From Diplonema japonicum (lineage: Eukaryota > Protista > Euglenozoa: Diplonemea), in assembly GCA_964019335.1 (NCBI GenBank), contig OZ025726.1, positions 372,001-436,000 of the forward strand: 64,000 bases of DNA, in the 5' to 3' direction. The notes below the pieces were generated by a model. It had not been told where the DNA came from. It did no database searches and saw only the letters and a list, made by a program, of their open reading frames with translations. Positions 41,672 to 54,068 of this stretch are shown piece by piece (positions within the stretch are counted from its first letter, which is position 1; each line of letters opens with the position of its first letter). The translations under genes were made by a program, and so were the position numbers.

Positions 41672-42269
41672 TCACCTAGCCGCAACTCGCAACATAACTA
41701 TGCTAAATTCATCGAAGGAAATTCTACCGTCTCCGAGCATGTTATACTGAAGGATTTTTTTTTTTTTTTTTTTTTTCTCAAATTACCTGTTTCAAAATTG
41801 AGTCCACAAAGGCAGGATCCGGCTCTGTACCAAACGTCTCGAGTGTAGAGTAAAACTGTTTGAACTCGGGGGTTTCAAGGTAGCCGTTATTGTTCTTGTC
41901 GAGCGCAGCAAACAAGTTCCGGAGATCTGAGTCCGTGTACGCCACGCCACTGACATCATTTGAGACCAGATCCTTCACTGCAATACCTTTCACAACAAGG
42001 CCTTCACGGTGACTGGGAAGCGGGCTCTCAGTGGCCTCAGCAACCGGACTTTCTTCTTCGTCCCCAATTGCCGCCTTCACCACATGTTCCAGTGCTGGTA
42101 GATGCGCAAATCCCTCCAGTATTTCCCACCCATCCCCCTTCTCAAACACCATTTCTATCTTGGCATCACTCTTTAATTTCAGCAGCTCCAACGCCTCACA
42201 CCCACCCCCTTGTATCGAGTCTAATAAGAACTGCAATGCCTCTCCAGGTTCCAGCCGCAACTGCGCCAT
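41672..42269 (-). CDS. EF-hand protein (intron 41747-41786; 185 aa; upstream exon possible)
   Basis: LFAALDKNNNGYLETPEF and, after splicing, MLGDGRISFDEF. Confidence 0.82.
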
Positions 42270-42424
42270 TCTGTGGGTGGAGTTGTCATAGAAGGGGAAA
42301 GCAGAGAAATCACAAATAAGAGAAGAAAAAAAAGGTATAAGAAAAAGGAAGAGAGAAAGATATAACTAAAAACAACTCACCAAAGGCCTTCAAGGCCCTC
42401 AACACTGCTTTGTCAAGTGGTGTG

Positions 42425-42459
<35 letters not shown>

Positions 42460-42661
42460 TATTATCAAGAGGATCTCACGCAAGACTTCGTAAGCCATCA
42501 AGAAAGGGGCTGGGTGTACCAGGAGAGCGATTAGGTAAGGTGCAGGAGGCAAGAGAAAGTTTTCACAGGCTAAATAAGTGGCTCGTAAGTGTGTATGGTG
42601 CTCTCGTTTATCGCAGGACCTGGCAGGCACTGGAGGTGCCCGACGGCACTGGTTTTGGTGG

Positions 42662-43681
42662 TTAGTTTGCGGGGGAGGTCATTGACGCCATTTCGACGTT
42701 GATCCCGCTGAGGCTAGTGGTCTGCCAGGGCATCTTATGGAAGAGCTCTGTGAACGCAGTGCTCCTGGCACCCTGCGTAACGGACTGTGTACAGTAAGTA
42801 GTGTAGTCGCTGGGCTTGCGGTACTCTGTGTTGGGGGGATCAGTCGCGGTTGCCCTTACTGAGGGTGGAACATGTGGTACGGATGGCTCCCTGCGGATGC
42901 AAGAGTCCAGCCCTGCAGGTTCTGGACCACCTGACTGCAATGACTGCTGCAGTTCCGTCCAGGCCTTCAGGTTCTCCTCCTCCCCGATCTCCTCAAGTTT
43001 TCCGATCTTCCCGTCCTGCACGTAAACAGCCCTGTTGGCATACCACTTCATCTCAGGGTCGTGCGTTACCATCACCAGCGTCACGCCATGCTCCTTGTTC
43101 AGCCTCAAGAGCAGGTCCATGACAATGCGAGTGTTCCTGGTGTCGAGGTCGCCTGTCGGCTCGTCCAGGAGGAGAACCTTTGGTTCGTTGGCCATGGCAC
43201 GTGCAATGGTGACACGCTGCTGCTCACCACCCGAAAGCATAGACGGGTAGTGGTCCATCCTCTCGCCCATGCCCACAGACTCCAAAAGGGAGTTTACCCG
43301 ATCGTCTTGCTCCTTTGCCGTCAGCTTGCCCCTCAACACCATTGGCACCTGCACGTTCTCCTTCGCAGTCATGGTGGACAACAGGTTGAACGTCTGGAAC
43401 ACAAAACCCAACGTCTCCAGCCTTAGCTTGCTGAAGACGGAGTCCTCTGTTCTAGCAGTCAACCGCTGTCCCATAATGGCGAGGTTGCCTTTCGTGGGCT
43501 GGTCGATGGTCCCGAGGATGTTCAGAAGAGTGGTTTTCCCCCCACCGGAGGTACCGTAAATAACACAGAATTCACCTTCGTAAATATCAAGGGTAACACC
43601 CCTCAGGGCAGGCACACCCTCTGTGCCCAGCAAGTACGTCTTCTGTACATTCTCGCAACTGATCACGACAGGCTTCGACAT
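42662..43681 (-). CDS. Stand-alone ABC ATPase, LolD/MacB-like
   Basis: [44 protein letters not shown]; no TM domain. Confidence 0.92.
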   Translation of the reverse strand: MSKPVVISCENVQKTYLLGTEGVPALRGVTLDIYEGEFCVIYGTSGGGKTTLLNILGTIDQPTKGNLAIMGQRLTARTEDSVFSKLRLETLGFVFQTFNLLSTMTAKENVQVPMVLRGKLTAKEQDDRVNSLLESVGMGERMDHYPSMLSGGEQQRVTIARAMANEPKVLLLDEPTGDLDTRNTRIVMDLLLRLNKEHGVTLVMVTHDPEMKWYANRAVYVQDGKIGKLEEIGEEENLKAWTELQQSLQSGGPEPAGLDSCIRREPSVPHVPPSVRATATDPPNTEYRKPSDYTTYCTQSVTQGARSTAFTELFHKMPWQTTSLSGINVEMASMTSPAN

Positions 43682-43932
43682 AGCTAGTGAACCCACCTAT
43701 TTTAGCTTTAAAAAGGTAACTACAAAGAGAACATTACACGACTGAGATGAATCATTAGGAATGCGAAGGGGGGTCTGTTAGAATGCCTCTATAGTGGCAG
43801 GGTATAAGTGGGAACCTATTAGCAGCTCTCGAGACAGACCCCTCCCTGGGTGGCTCCGAGCTCTCTTTCTCCTCTCTCTCACCTTAGTTAAGCAACACTA
43901 TGTTTGGCTTCTGTCTCTTCTAAGCCCTTGAT

Positions 43933-45341
43933 CTATCCCAACTTCCCAGCTTGCTCCTGTGTAGGTGTGTGAGTAATTTTGACAATACCTTGAAAATCCT
44001 AGTCCTGACCCCGTGCAGAGATCTGTCGAGGAGGCCCATAACAGTGAAAACACCACCAACAATGGCACACAAGTTGGTGATGAACTCGTACCACCGCCTG
44101 CCTGAGTACTGCACAATGACAGCCGTAGGAGAGAAGTCGTACGAGAAGCGTGCCTCGGGGACCCTTCCATCGTCGTCATAAGCGTGCTGCTCTTCGAACA
44201 GGTACTGGTGGTTGGAGTGCTGCACCTGGTACCCCTTGACCTCCCGCCACCCGAGACGGTATGTTGTCGTCAGCACCTTCATGTAGTGCTCGAACGTGAT
44301 GTGTGGCTCTTTCGTTGAAAACCACTTGTTGTTCAACGGCCCCAGAAGGTCCCCGTGGTGTTTGGGCAGGAGTGCCTTCGTCCTCTCAGGCAGCGGCTCT
44401 CCGAACGATAGCTCGTGCACCACATGTGACAGGTTCGTCTCCTTTGGATTGATGGAGTGTACGTCAGACTTCACTACAAGATGGAAGTTGCCAGGTACCC
44501 TGTTCACCAGGATATGCCCCGACACCCGGCACCCCAGATGGTCTTCATTCATTCCCTTGATCTCCTTTTCACGTAAGTGGTGGTCCAGCTCGTCCTCGCC
44601 TGTGATGGCTGACGACCATGCAGTGATCCCGTCGATGTCACGCTGCCCGCTGAAGTCAGCAATCCCGCGCCCGTTCTTGAACAGCCGCATTGTAGGAAAG
44701 GCTTTGATCTTCTGTTGAGAGCAAAGGGGGTAGTTCTCCATGCAATTAACCTTCCTCACTGCGATGTGATAGTGCTCGTCGTGCATCTTCTTCGCGAACT
44801 CCTCCCAAGTAGGTGCCAACCGCTTGCACCAGATGCACCACGGTGCGTAGAAGTCGACAAACACATAAGTCTTGTCCTGCACAATAGCTTCGAAGGACTC
44901 TTTGTTGAGGTGAGGAGACTCGCCCTCTTCCTTCATTGCCTTGTCCATCTCCTCCATAGAGCCGTGCACGATGTTCTGCTTCACCCTTTGCGGTTCATTG
45001 TATTCCAGCAGTTGTTGGAATTGTGTGTGTTCTTCTTTCTTGATGTTCTGGACCACGTCCACGCGGTTCACACCCAGCCTGTCCTTCACGTCCACCGACA
45101 CCCAATCGCATGGCATCTCTAGTGCAGTGATGTTGAAATTGATGCGAATTCTAGGCTCGATGTTGGTGTCAAGCGTAAGATCGCTCACGATAGGCGGTTG
45201 CAAGTAGTGCCACGTCTCCATCGTGACCAGCAATATCATCAGCACCACGCAGGACATTGACAGCATGCCACCTTGTGATGTTCCTGCAGTTAGGTCCGTC
45301 GGGATCTTCCTGTACAAGTCATAAGCAGAGAGCTTCGCCAT
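43933..45341 (-). CDS. ERGIC/Erv46-family protein with inserted thioredoxin domain (PDI-C type; intron 43957-43988; 458 aa)
   Basis: DLYRKIPTDLT N-terminus; FYAPWCIWC; GCRVSG..VNRVPGNFH; FITNLCAIVGGVFTV; spliced tail GKLG. Confidence 0.9.
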
Positions 45342-45612
45342 ATCTCCAACACCCTCCTGTGTGTTGATGCAGCGCAAAAGTACGGCACTAAAGTAATACA
45401 GTTAGTTACTCAGCGTCTGTGCAGATAGAAGGCAGTTAGTCGTCGAGGCGCAAGAGTCAGCCAATATATGCATCCTGGCCTGGAAAAACCCGGCGCCTTT
45501 AGCGTTCCAGCAGTGTACACTACTATAAGCGACAAATCATTTTTAAAAGGAGGTTAAATTTCAAAAAATAAAAACAATCAAGGGGATCTCATATGAACAC
45601 CTGCACGGCGTC

Positions 45613-45988
45613 TTAGTACATCTTTGCATAACCTGCTTCTTCGTACCATTTTTCTATCGAGTCCTTGTTGCGATTTGCCCACCTCTCCACTACTCTTTTA
45701 ACTCCAAAGAAATCCAAAATGTTGAGAGGGCCAACGTACTCGATGAGCTGCAGTGTGGTGTGGTGTGGTGTGTGTACATACTGTCTTGAAGCACATCATG
45801 AAAACGGCAAAGCTGATAATGAACTGCATCCTCTCCTTCATGCCGTACCTGGGCAGCGAAGACCCTCTGTATGAGTAAGCATGCTGCTTCGCAGGTTTTC
45901 CCCCTTCTTCAGAGTCCTTTGTCTCCTTCTGCGGCTTCTCCTTCTTCTCCTTATCCTTCCCCTTCACCTTCCTGCTGGTCAGTGTCAT
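45613..45988 (-). CDS. Small membrane protein (intron 45748-45781)
   Basis: Lys-rich N-terminus, one TM segment; a CA-rich GT-AG intron restores the frame. Confidence 0.55.
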
Positions 45989-46451
45989 GTTCCCCCCTAT
46001 CCTTCATCCATGAGTGATACATTGCAACAAGGGCATTTTGCACATGCGGCGACCCTCTGAAGGTCCCTATGCAGGGTGTCACAAGACGTCTGCTTTGGTG
46101 CCGCCGGGCTTCCCGCAGCACAGCATCGAAACAAAGCCCTGTGCTCTCTTCCGAATACGGGAAGGCGGGTGCATAGAGCAGAGTATCGCTGATGTACACA
46201 GCATTGCCTAGTGCCAGCTGCTCCTGGTCCAGTTGCTTCAGCAGGTAATGCGCACCGAAGGCTGCACAGTAGGCATGATCGACGCCGCTGGCGATGACAC
46301 CTGCTGTGTTTCCAGGCCACACTATAGTGCTACCCTCAAAAGACAACTTCGTGATGTCGGCGCACTGCACGGTGACACCAGCCACACCATCGAACATGCC
46401 GGCGGCCTGCCTGGCCACCGCCTCTTCCACATCCACAATCAATAGTTGCAT
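45951..46451 (-). CDS. Macrodomain (Appr-1''-p processing-like) protein
   Basis: ADIT.....IVWPGNTAG..ASGVDHA...FG...LLYAP...LVTPCIGTFRG. Confidence 0.7.
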   Translation of the reverse strand: MQLLIVDVEEAVARQAAGMFDGVAGVTVQCADITKLSFEGSTIVWPGNTAGVIASGVDHAYCAAFGAHYLLKQLDQEQLALGNAVYISDTLLYAPAFPYSEESTGLCFDAVLREARRHQSRRLVTPCIGTFRGSPHVQNALVAMYHSWMKDRGEHDTDQQEGEGEG

Positions 46452-46519
46452 GTCCCTTTCGTAGGGTGCACAGAATAACAAAGCAAGACTGTAAAGGATG
46501 GCACACTCTTTTTAGTGTG

Positions 46520-48470
46520 CTAAAGCTGCACCACTTTTACTACGGAGTTGTGAAGATGCATCAAACGCTGCCATTCGTTGTAAAGTGACTGGAGATGGGA
46601 CACCTGGTAGTCAGCAGGGGACTGGGGAAGTGTGATGGGCATGGTGGCAGTGAGGAGATCGGTCAGTTTTTCCTTGGTGAGCGCGTCCTCACCTGAGTCT
46701 TGCGCAGGCTGGGTGTCGCTCGTACTTTGCGTGAAGAGGGCGTCCAAAGGGGAGATGTCAATGACGGAGCCCGCGACTGGAGAGTTAGGTGTGGGCGATC
46801 TGCCGGGGTCGTCGTCACTTACAACTACGCCTGTGAGCAAGTTCGTGCCCGACGGTGCTGCGATCGAGGCCTTTCTTGCCAGGCTCTTATCCATGTCCCA
46901 GTTGTCCTCTTCGTCGATTTGCACTACGTGGTGTTTGCTTTGATGCTGAAAGCATACCGTCACTGAAGTCAGGTTTCGGTTTGTCGGCAAGTCCGGCGTT
47001 GATCTCCTCCAACTGTGCCTGCGAGATCTTTAGACTGTCTGCGTCAGCCGTTTCCCAGAAATGGATTGCCGACTGCAGCGTGCAGAAGTAGTATCCTGCC
47101 TCGCTGCTCATCTTCGTCTCGTTTCGGTAGTTCTGGATAAAACTAGTGTTGCTGTGCAGATGCTTAGCATCTGCCTTCCCTACCAGCAGAATCAGACACG
47201 GCAGGAAGTCGTCGGCCCCCATGGACTTGCCGGGCTCGAGACTGTGCAACACACTAAAGATCAGCTTGCAGCTGTTGGTGATGCAGATCAGCTTGTCGCG
47301 TGGGTTCTTGTACTCGTTCAGTTTCTGCAGCTCCTGGCGTTTCGGTGGTCCTCTTCTATTTTGCATACCGTGACGGCTTCTTTCCATGTCCCGTGGTCCA
47401 GTATCTCAGACCTCACCTCAAGATGCTCGGGTGAGATGAATTTGAAAGACGCCAAGCGCTTCTCCAACACCTCATCGCTGTGTTGTGTGGGTTACGGCGG
47501 TGTTGGCATACTTCTTCCTGTCTTCTTCCGTTCCAAATGTTTTCGGGAATATCTTTGTCAGGACGTACTTCTCAAGACCTTCCTGAGCAAAGTCCAGCTC
47601 CTGCTCCGTTGCCCCCTTCCACACGGGGTTCTGCTTTATCTCGTTGAACATTGTGGCGAGGAACTGCCGCACGTTGTTGGGCATGTCATCGGAAGGGAAG
47701 CTGCTGCTTTTCACCTCCGCCACATATGCCTTCAGCTTCTTATGCAGCTCAGATGCTTTAGGCTGGCGCATTTTTTCAGCAAAGTCACGGAAGCGGAACT
47801 TCAGAACGGACTTAGGAGGAGTAGGGGTGCTTGTGCCGCTGGGCTTCAAGGGTGACTTCGTCGGTGCGGGTGCAGGTACGCTGAGCTGTTGCGTCTGGGG
47901 TTGGACTTGACTTCGCTCTCTAGGCTCTTGCTGCTTTTCGCTGTGCCAACCTATGCTTTCCAAGGGGTCGCCTGTGAGCCACTTCGCTCTGATCACATCG
48001 GAAACTAAGTAAATAGGGATCGTGAAGCCATCTGTGCTATCGAGCTCCAGCTCTGTCTGCCTTAGGATCTGGATGGTTTGTTGTCTGGTGCCCCCTGGTG
48101 TGGTGGGGCTGTCCACGTCTGTAGCCAACGGGCCCAATGGCGTTGCTGACTGGGGCTGCCCAGCGGGGAGTTCCATGATAATGGTGTCACCTCCTGTGTC
48201 AGCAATATTTGAACTCAGGAACGATCCCCTCAGCCCGTTCAGAGTCGTGAAGGACTTACCGCTCGACGATCCAAACACCACTGTGTGCGTCTTCAGAAAG
48301 TCGTTGCTCACCACCGCTAGGCCCATCTCTTCAAGAATCACCGACTGGGGCACCAAGACCGCCCATCTTGACTCGGTTATCTTGCGCAAGGTTAGCCCCA
48401 ACAAAGTGCCCTTCATTGCCTGCACAAATAAGTTGTTGGTCTTCTCATAGTCTATAAGGTTAAGAGGCAT
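46520..48470 (-). CDS. VPS9-domain Rab5 GEF (introns 47478-47511, 47334-47368, 46924-46957; 615 aa)
   Basis: F..FAEKMRQPKA, EGLEKYVLTKIF, YKNPRDKLICI, GADDFLP, EAGYYFCTLQSA. Confidence 0.9.
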
Positions 48471-48560
48471 TGTTATGCTCCCCCCCCCCCCCCCCCCAGA
48501 GCACTGTGTGTTACTATTGCCTGCAAATGGTAAAACTAAATCTAATTTCTAAACAAGTTG

Positions 48561-48773
48561 TCACATCTCGTCGTCGCTCATATCGCTTTCGCCCTCCTGC
48601 AGCATCCGCATCAGCCGCCCTGCTTCGTCCTCCTTCACTTTGCGTGCCTCCATCATTGTGGGAGGCACCTTATCCTGCTCCTTCTGCGTTGTAGTTTCCG
48701 TCCGTTTTGCACACACGCAGTACACACACACTAGTGCTGCCAGCGCAGCCGCAGTCGCGTGTTTGGTGCTCAT
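48561..48773 (-). CDS. Small hypothetical membrane protein
   Basis: 70 aa, N-terminal hydrophobic stretch and acidic tail. Confidence 0.45.
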   Translation of the reverse strand: MSTKHATAAALAALVCVYCVCAKRTETTTQKEQDKVPPTMMEARKVKEDEAGRLMRMLQEGESDMSDDEM

Positions 48774-48939
48774 TTTCCGTTTGTGACCACTCTTGGGTGC
48801 GTACCAAGGGTTGGCTTGCTAGAATAAAAAAAAGGGGGGGGGAGAAACATAGGTAGTTTTTCATTCCAATTTTCGTAAATATATTTTTCATGGCAGGTTG
48901 TCCCTTTGTTTTTTTATTCTCTCTCTCCCTAATGTACAA

Positions 48940-49218
48940 TCAGAACAGTGACGGAGGAAGTGGTAACTTCTCCAGAATAGGCTTGGGCAGTGTCTGTGGC
49001 ATGTCCTTTCGAGTGACCTTTACATCGGCAAGCTGGCCAGGGTTTTGCAGGTGCAGCGTCCCCCCGTGCAGCCCTGTGCCGGGTGCGCCATGTGTGTGGG
49101 ACTTGTGAGGCTTTGGCATGGGCAGCCCCATGTACTTGGCGTAGGCCGTGCGGTAGGCCATCGTGTCCTCGAGGCCCATCTTGTGTAGTAGTGTATTAGC
49201 TGAGATGTGGTGGTACAC
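48940..49218 (-). CDS. Hypothetical small protein or terminal exon
   Basis: GC-rich coding-like island; start unresolved. Confidence 0.4.
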   Translation of the reverse strand: MYHHISANTLLHKMGLEDTMAYRTAYAKYMGLPMPKPHKSHTHGAPGTGLHGGTLHLQNPGQLADVKVTRKDMPQTLPKPILEKLPLPPSLF

Positions 49219-50272
49219 AGGTACTTGGTAGGGGGGGACTTAAAAACTCTAATCTAGATCTAAGCAAGGGGAGATAGGGAAGAAAGACAACCACTAGTAA
49301 AGGGAGGTTCTGAGCAGAGAGGTCTCAGTGCCCTCCAGCAGAAAGACCTGCTTTCAGAAGAGCAGAAAACCAGCAGGGGGGACGGGGATCCAATCTATTG
49401 GGAAGGAAGAAAAATAGGGTCTTGGCCAGGGATGGGAGAGCGGGAGAAACGCCCCGAAGTTCGTAGTTGATTCTATTTTTTTTTCTTCTTCTTCTTTTTT
49501 TTTTTGCTGAAGACCAAGTCTCCTATTGTTAGTTTTGTTTCGGTTTTTTTTTTTTTTTTTTCTCTCTCTATTCTTCTAAAGTACTTTTTTTTTGGGATTT
49601 CCTCTTCTTTTTTTCGGCAAAAGGGGAAAAAAAAAAATAATAATAATAGAAGAATGAAACAGGACAAGCCAGACCTGAAGAAACAAAACAAAACAAAAGT
49701 AGGAAAAAAAGGGGGGGGTGCTGTGGTGGAGGCTTAACACCTTGTAATGGAACATGCAACCCTGTAGCCGCTCCACTTGACAGCGATTTGTATACTTTCT
49801 TCTTTTTTTTTTTTGAAGTAGGGTATCATATATAAAATCTACAAGAAACCAAAACGGATGAAATGTATTCAACAAGCCCTGTGTGACAAACCAACATCAT
49901 GAAGGGCTCTTTATTTCGCACCTTGCAGTGAGGTTTGCCAATGGGGCAGAGTGAACGAGAGGGGGGAAGAAACAAATAAATAATAGTGAAGAAGCTCATT
50001 GCAGCCAAACCTTCAGCTGCAGAACAGAACCTACTAGTTTTGCCCTTCGTAAGGCTAGGGGACGGGGGAGGGGGGGCAACAATCAGCATGACCGGGAATC
50101 ATTGTTCCCGAATAAGGCCAATTACTACCCAGTATCTACGTTTGCGCAACAAATAAAAACAATCCTAAAGGCGAACGACTGTGGCCGACCCTAAACTTTT
50201 TGTAAGAAAAAAAAATTCAAGGTCTCTAATCAACCCTGGTTCTATTATGTCGTGGATTTCCTTTTTTTTTAA

Positions 50273-51959
50273 CCCATAACACTCCGGGGCCTATCTACAT
50301 AGGGGTCCCTTTTTTGCTCCTTTTCATAATTTGACGGGGAAAATGGCAGCATTTAACCCCTGTTTGCAGGTAAAACGGGTTTTTTGGACCAGGAAAATTT
50401 AAAAAAAAGCTCAAAAATTAATAAAAATACAAAGGGGATGAAGAGTTGAATGGCCGTAGGGTGCTCAAAAACGACCATGTCAAAATGGGTTGTGCACGGG
50501 GGGGTGTAAATTGAGCATCTTGGGACAAAAAAAGCAGCATCAGGACCCCTCAGATGTCTCAGACCGAGAGAAGTGCCTATTTGCGGGTGGAATATCGGCC
50601 TCGAAATCGTCAAGAAGCCTTTTTGGGGTGATGGAAGAGTGGTACGAAAAAAGCACTTATTTGGACAGAGGTGTTGGTTACAGGTGTAGCATTTGTAGAT
50701 TGTGCGTTTTGTGCATCCTTTCAACCTGCAGAACCTGGAGTTGCCCCCTTTGAGTGGTTGGTGGTCACGTTTGGTGTAATCTGGGGTATCGGGTGTGTGT
50801 GCTCCACTAGTTGGGTGCCGGGAGTGGTGTTTTTGCAACGCTGGACCCATCAATTAGGCTCTCTCGAAAGCGCTCTTTAAAAGCAGCCAGGGTTTTGTAT
50901 CTCTTTGGCACTTCTAGGGCCCACCAGAAGAGCCCGCAGCACTCCAACGAAATGCAAGCCCCCTCACAGTTTTTTCACAGGGCTTCGGCCAGACCCACAG
51001 TCGAAAAGTAGTTATTGCAAACTACCTTGTTGTCGTTCCCCGAAAATTCCCCGTTAACCCCAGCACCACCTTTTCCACGACACTGAAATCTTCAAGTGCG
51101 TGCCCCTCGATTTTGGTGGCGTGGATGTGAAAACGCGAAAGATAACCCGTGCTCGCGCAGTTTAGGCAGTATATTTTTATGCCATATCTCTTACGCTTTG
51201 AGAGGACAGTAGACCCCAAGCCCCCCCAATTGCCCCGTGACGGTACGAGTGTCTCTTCAATGCTTAAATATTTTCCTGGCACTGCTGTTTTTGCCCACTT
51301 GTCACCAATTCTGTCCAGAAACCCTCGTGTCTTCCACAACACATCACCATTTGACTCTTCTGTGTGAGTGAAGTGGAGGCTACTTTTAATTTCCTGGTAG
51401 CGTCTCCTGGGCTTCGTGTTACTGAAAAGGGGGATTTTCATGGGTCCTGTGGACCAATACGTTTGCTAATTCTGGGCACGCCGCAAACCCATCGCAATGC
51501 TCAATCCGAGTAAGCGGTGGAGTCCTGGGTCGAAATTTTATCAATCCCAGCGTCCTTTTGCTTGTTTGTCTCTTCTTGGATGACGTCTGTGAGCTTCTTA
51601 TCAAAAAACCGAAGGAATAATCATTTTGCGTCGTCAGGTTTCTGCGTACCACGGGACAGCTTTTTTCCCCCCCACTGGCCTATTTTATGGTCTCTATGGG
51701 TACCAACTCCCTTACCCATGAAGGTTGGACCTCGTCCGTAGCTGTTTTGGCTTTACCTTTGCGTTTTTTGGACACAGTCTGACCCACTTGGTGGGTGGAT
51801 AACAAGGTAAAGTGATGCAGTGCAACATGAATTGCAGTTGAAAATAACTCCTCACTATAGTCGTTCTTGGAGATCCAGGGGTCGTGGGGACGAAAAAGTA
51901 CTTAGAGAAAAAAACGATTTTTCAAAACGACAAATATTTGCGCCTTGGAGTGTTATGGG
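50273..51959 (-). mobile_element. piggyBac-family DNA transposon, internally deleted, with transposase pseudogene
   Basis: TTAA at 50269-50272 and 51960-51963; perfect 13-bp TIR CCCATAACACTCC; fragments R.RYQEIKSSLHF, PGKYLSIEETLV..RG, KRYGIKIY, and C-terminal CRLKGC...CYTCNQHLC...CF. Confidence 0.93.
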
Positions 51960-52427
51960 TTAATATTTTTCCCCGAATTTTGGGAAAGGAATTCCCTTGC
52001 CGTCAAAGAAAGGTGTGAACACTACGCAAGGGAGGAGGGTGCTGACACAACAAAAAGAAAAAGAAAAAAAGAAAAAAGTACAACAACGGCAAATCCCACT
52101 AGAGGACAACCCTTTAAAGAAGGTAATAATAAAAAAAAAAACAGAAAAACAAAAACTCACATATAAAAATAGAAAAGCGAATGTCTAATCATTAGAAGCA
52201 AAAAAAAAAAAATAAATAAAAAACAAATGGGAAAAAAAAAAGGAGGAGGGGAAAATAGGGTGAAACCAACCTTCTCAAACTATCGCATCATTGTCGCAAG
52301 AGAGTCAGTTTCGAAGGCAAGCATATAGAACAATCAGCGCGATGTGGTGAGGGTGGTAGAACGGACTTTGACTTCCGCCTGTTGTTCACAATTCTCAACT
52401 AAGTTCTATTCATGGAGCGGCAGCCTT

Positions 52428-53978
52428 CTACGGCATAGGTGCGAATAACTCCTGCGGCACAGTAGGTAATCTAGACACGGTGTCGGCTCTGCAGTACCTA
52501 GGGGGCGACAAGGATTCCGTGAAGTCGTACGTCGTCTTCCTAGGGCTGGAAATAGCATGCAGCTGTTGGGCAAGAAGTTCGTACTTGGCGGCTTCAATGG
52601 CCTGCCTGAGTAGATTGATGTAGTCCCCGGACGACGTCGGCACCGCAGGTATCGCACAAAGGTCATCCTCTGAGACAGGGAACATAAGCTCCTTTACCAG
52701 ATTCACCAGCTGCTGTGGGACACAGATATCATCCCTCTTGAAGAAAGAGGCCACAGTGTCCCTTTGTGCCTCGAGGTACTCTTGCAAGGTTTTGAACTCC
52801 AGCACCTCAGGGGGGAAAACTTCTTCGAAGCCAGACAAGTGCAGCAAGACGGCACCCAGCTGGAAGTAGTCTACCTCAAAACACTTTATCTTCTCATCGT
52901 GACTAAGGTGCTTCACATCCCTTACATTTTGATACATGGCAAGCTTGTACACGATGCCTGCGCTGTCTTTGATGGAAGCAACGATGGCGCTAGGTGTTAT
53001 GTTTGTATGGATGAGGTTGTGCGAGTGCAGAGTTTTAAGCGCTTTGAAGATTCCTCTTCCAAGCTCTGTGACGTCCTCCCCTGTGGCATGGGGTATGTCG
53101 TAGTAAGAGTACATGATGTCTGTCTGCACGTAGAAGGTGTCCCCCGACACCCAGCAGTCCTTGTACCCGATCGAGTTGCAGTCTGCAATGGCAGACATTG
53201 CACGCACTTCGAGTAGCAGGTCTTCTGTGAAGGGCTTCCTGTGCTCCTTCAGCGAGTAGAACATTCCATCCAGCACCGACTTCACTTTGTAGATCACGCA
53301 GTCATCATCGCTGTACGTGATGGCCTCTTCCTTAGGGTATCCCTCTTCGCGTGTGTCGCCCTCGTCACTGTCCATGACATCTGTATCCAGCATGTAGCAC
53401 AGTGAGTCCTGTGTCTCCAGAACGTCGGAAGCACGACGCGACGAGCAAGGCGACACATTCACGTCCGCTGACCAGAACAAGAATTCGCTGAGCCTGTCCC
53501 TCTCCACCTTTTCTGGAAGTCTAAAGTTGCTTACTACAGAATGGTGCCTGCTCATGTGCTTTGGGCTGCATGATCGCGGGGACTTTGCTCCAAGGTGTTG
53601 TCTTGGAGTGCATGGTCTCGGGGACCTTACGGTAGGCAGGGGAGAAAGTCTCGGGTCATCCGCACCAAGTACTACGCCTGATGGTGAAAAGGGGTTGATC
53701 CTTGGCAGCTCACCACCATCAGACGTCACACGTTTGTGCCCCCTGTGAGGGTTCGTGGCCGACCGCTTCATAGGTGTTGTGGGGCACGAAAGACTGTCCC
53801 TCTTCACTAGGTTCATGTTGATGCTGCTGAAAAGATCCTCAGCCTTGCTACTGCACATGCTGCTAAAGAGATCCTGTCTCCGCCAGTCGCTTTGGTGGTC
53901 CACAGGCATCGTGCGCTCCAAGAAATCTGTGTCCGTGAGACACCCAGGGCTTGTGGGAGTACTTAACTCAAGCGCCAT
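52428..53978 (-). CDS. Protein kinase-like protein (Wee1/Myt1-like pseudokinase)
   Basis: CPTTPMKR and INPFSP in the N-terminus; kinase fold YSLK, LLEVRAM, ALKTLHSHNLIHTNITPSAI, DYFQLG. Confidence 0.7.
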   Translation of the reverse strand: MALELSTPTSPGCLTDTDFLERTMPVDHQSDWRRQDLFSSMCSSKAEDLFSSINMNLVKRDSLSCPTTPMKRSATNPHRGHKRVTSDGGELPRINPFSPSGVVLGADDPRLSPLPTVRSPRPCTPRQHLGAKSPRSCSPKHMSRHHSVVSNFRLPEKVERDRLSEFLFWSADVNVSPCSSRRASDVLETQDSLCYMLDTDVMDSDEGDTREEGYPKEEAITYSDDDCVIYKVKSVLDGMFYSLKEHRKPFTEDLLLEVRAMSAIADCNSIGYKDCWVSGDTFYVQTDIMYSYYDIPHATGEDVTELGRGIFKALKTLHSHNLIHTNITPSAIVASIKDSAGIVYKLAMYQNVRDVKHLSHDEKIKCFEVDYFQLGAVLLHLSGFEEVFPPEVLEFKTLQEYLEAQRDTVASFFKRDDICVPQQLVNLVKELMFPVSEDDLCAIPAVPTSSGDYINLLRQAIEAAKYELLAQQLHAISSPRKTTYDFTESLSPPRYCRADTVSRLPTVPQELFAPMP

Positions 53979-54068
53979 CTTCTTGTCCTTTGTGTTGGAT
54001 GTTAATAATGTTTAGGAATGTTGAACAAAAAACTGAGCGAACGGCAGTGCAGTCTTGGAAAAGACCTA

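Noticed and set aside
42310-42630. Upstream coding exon of the EF-hand gene
   Set aside because: The obvious GT donor is out of phase with the downstream ORF, so it could not be supported.
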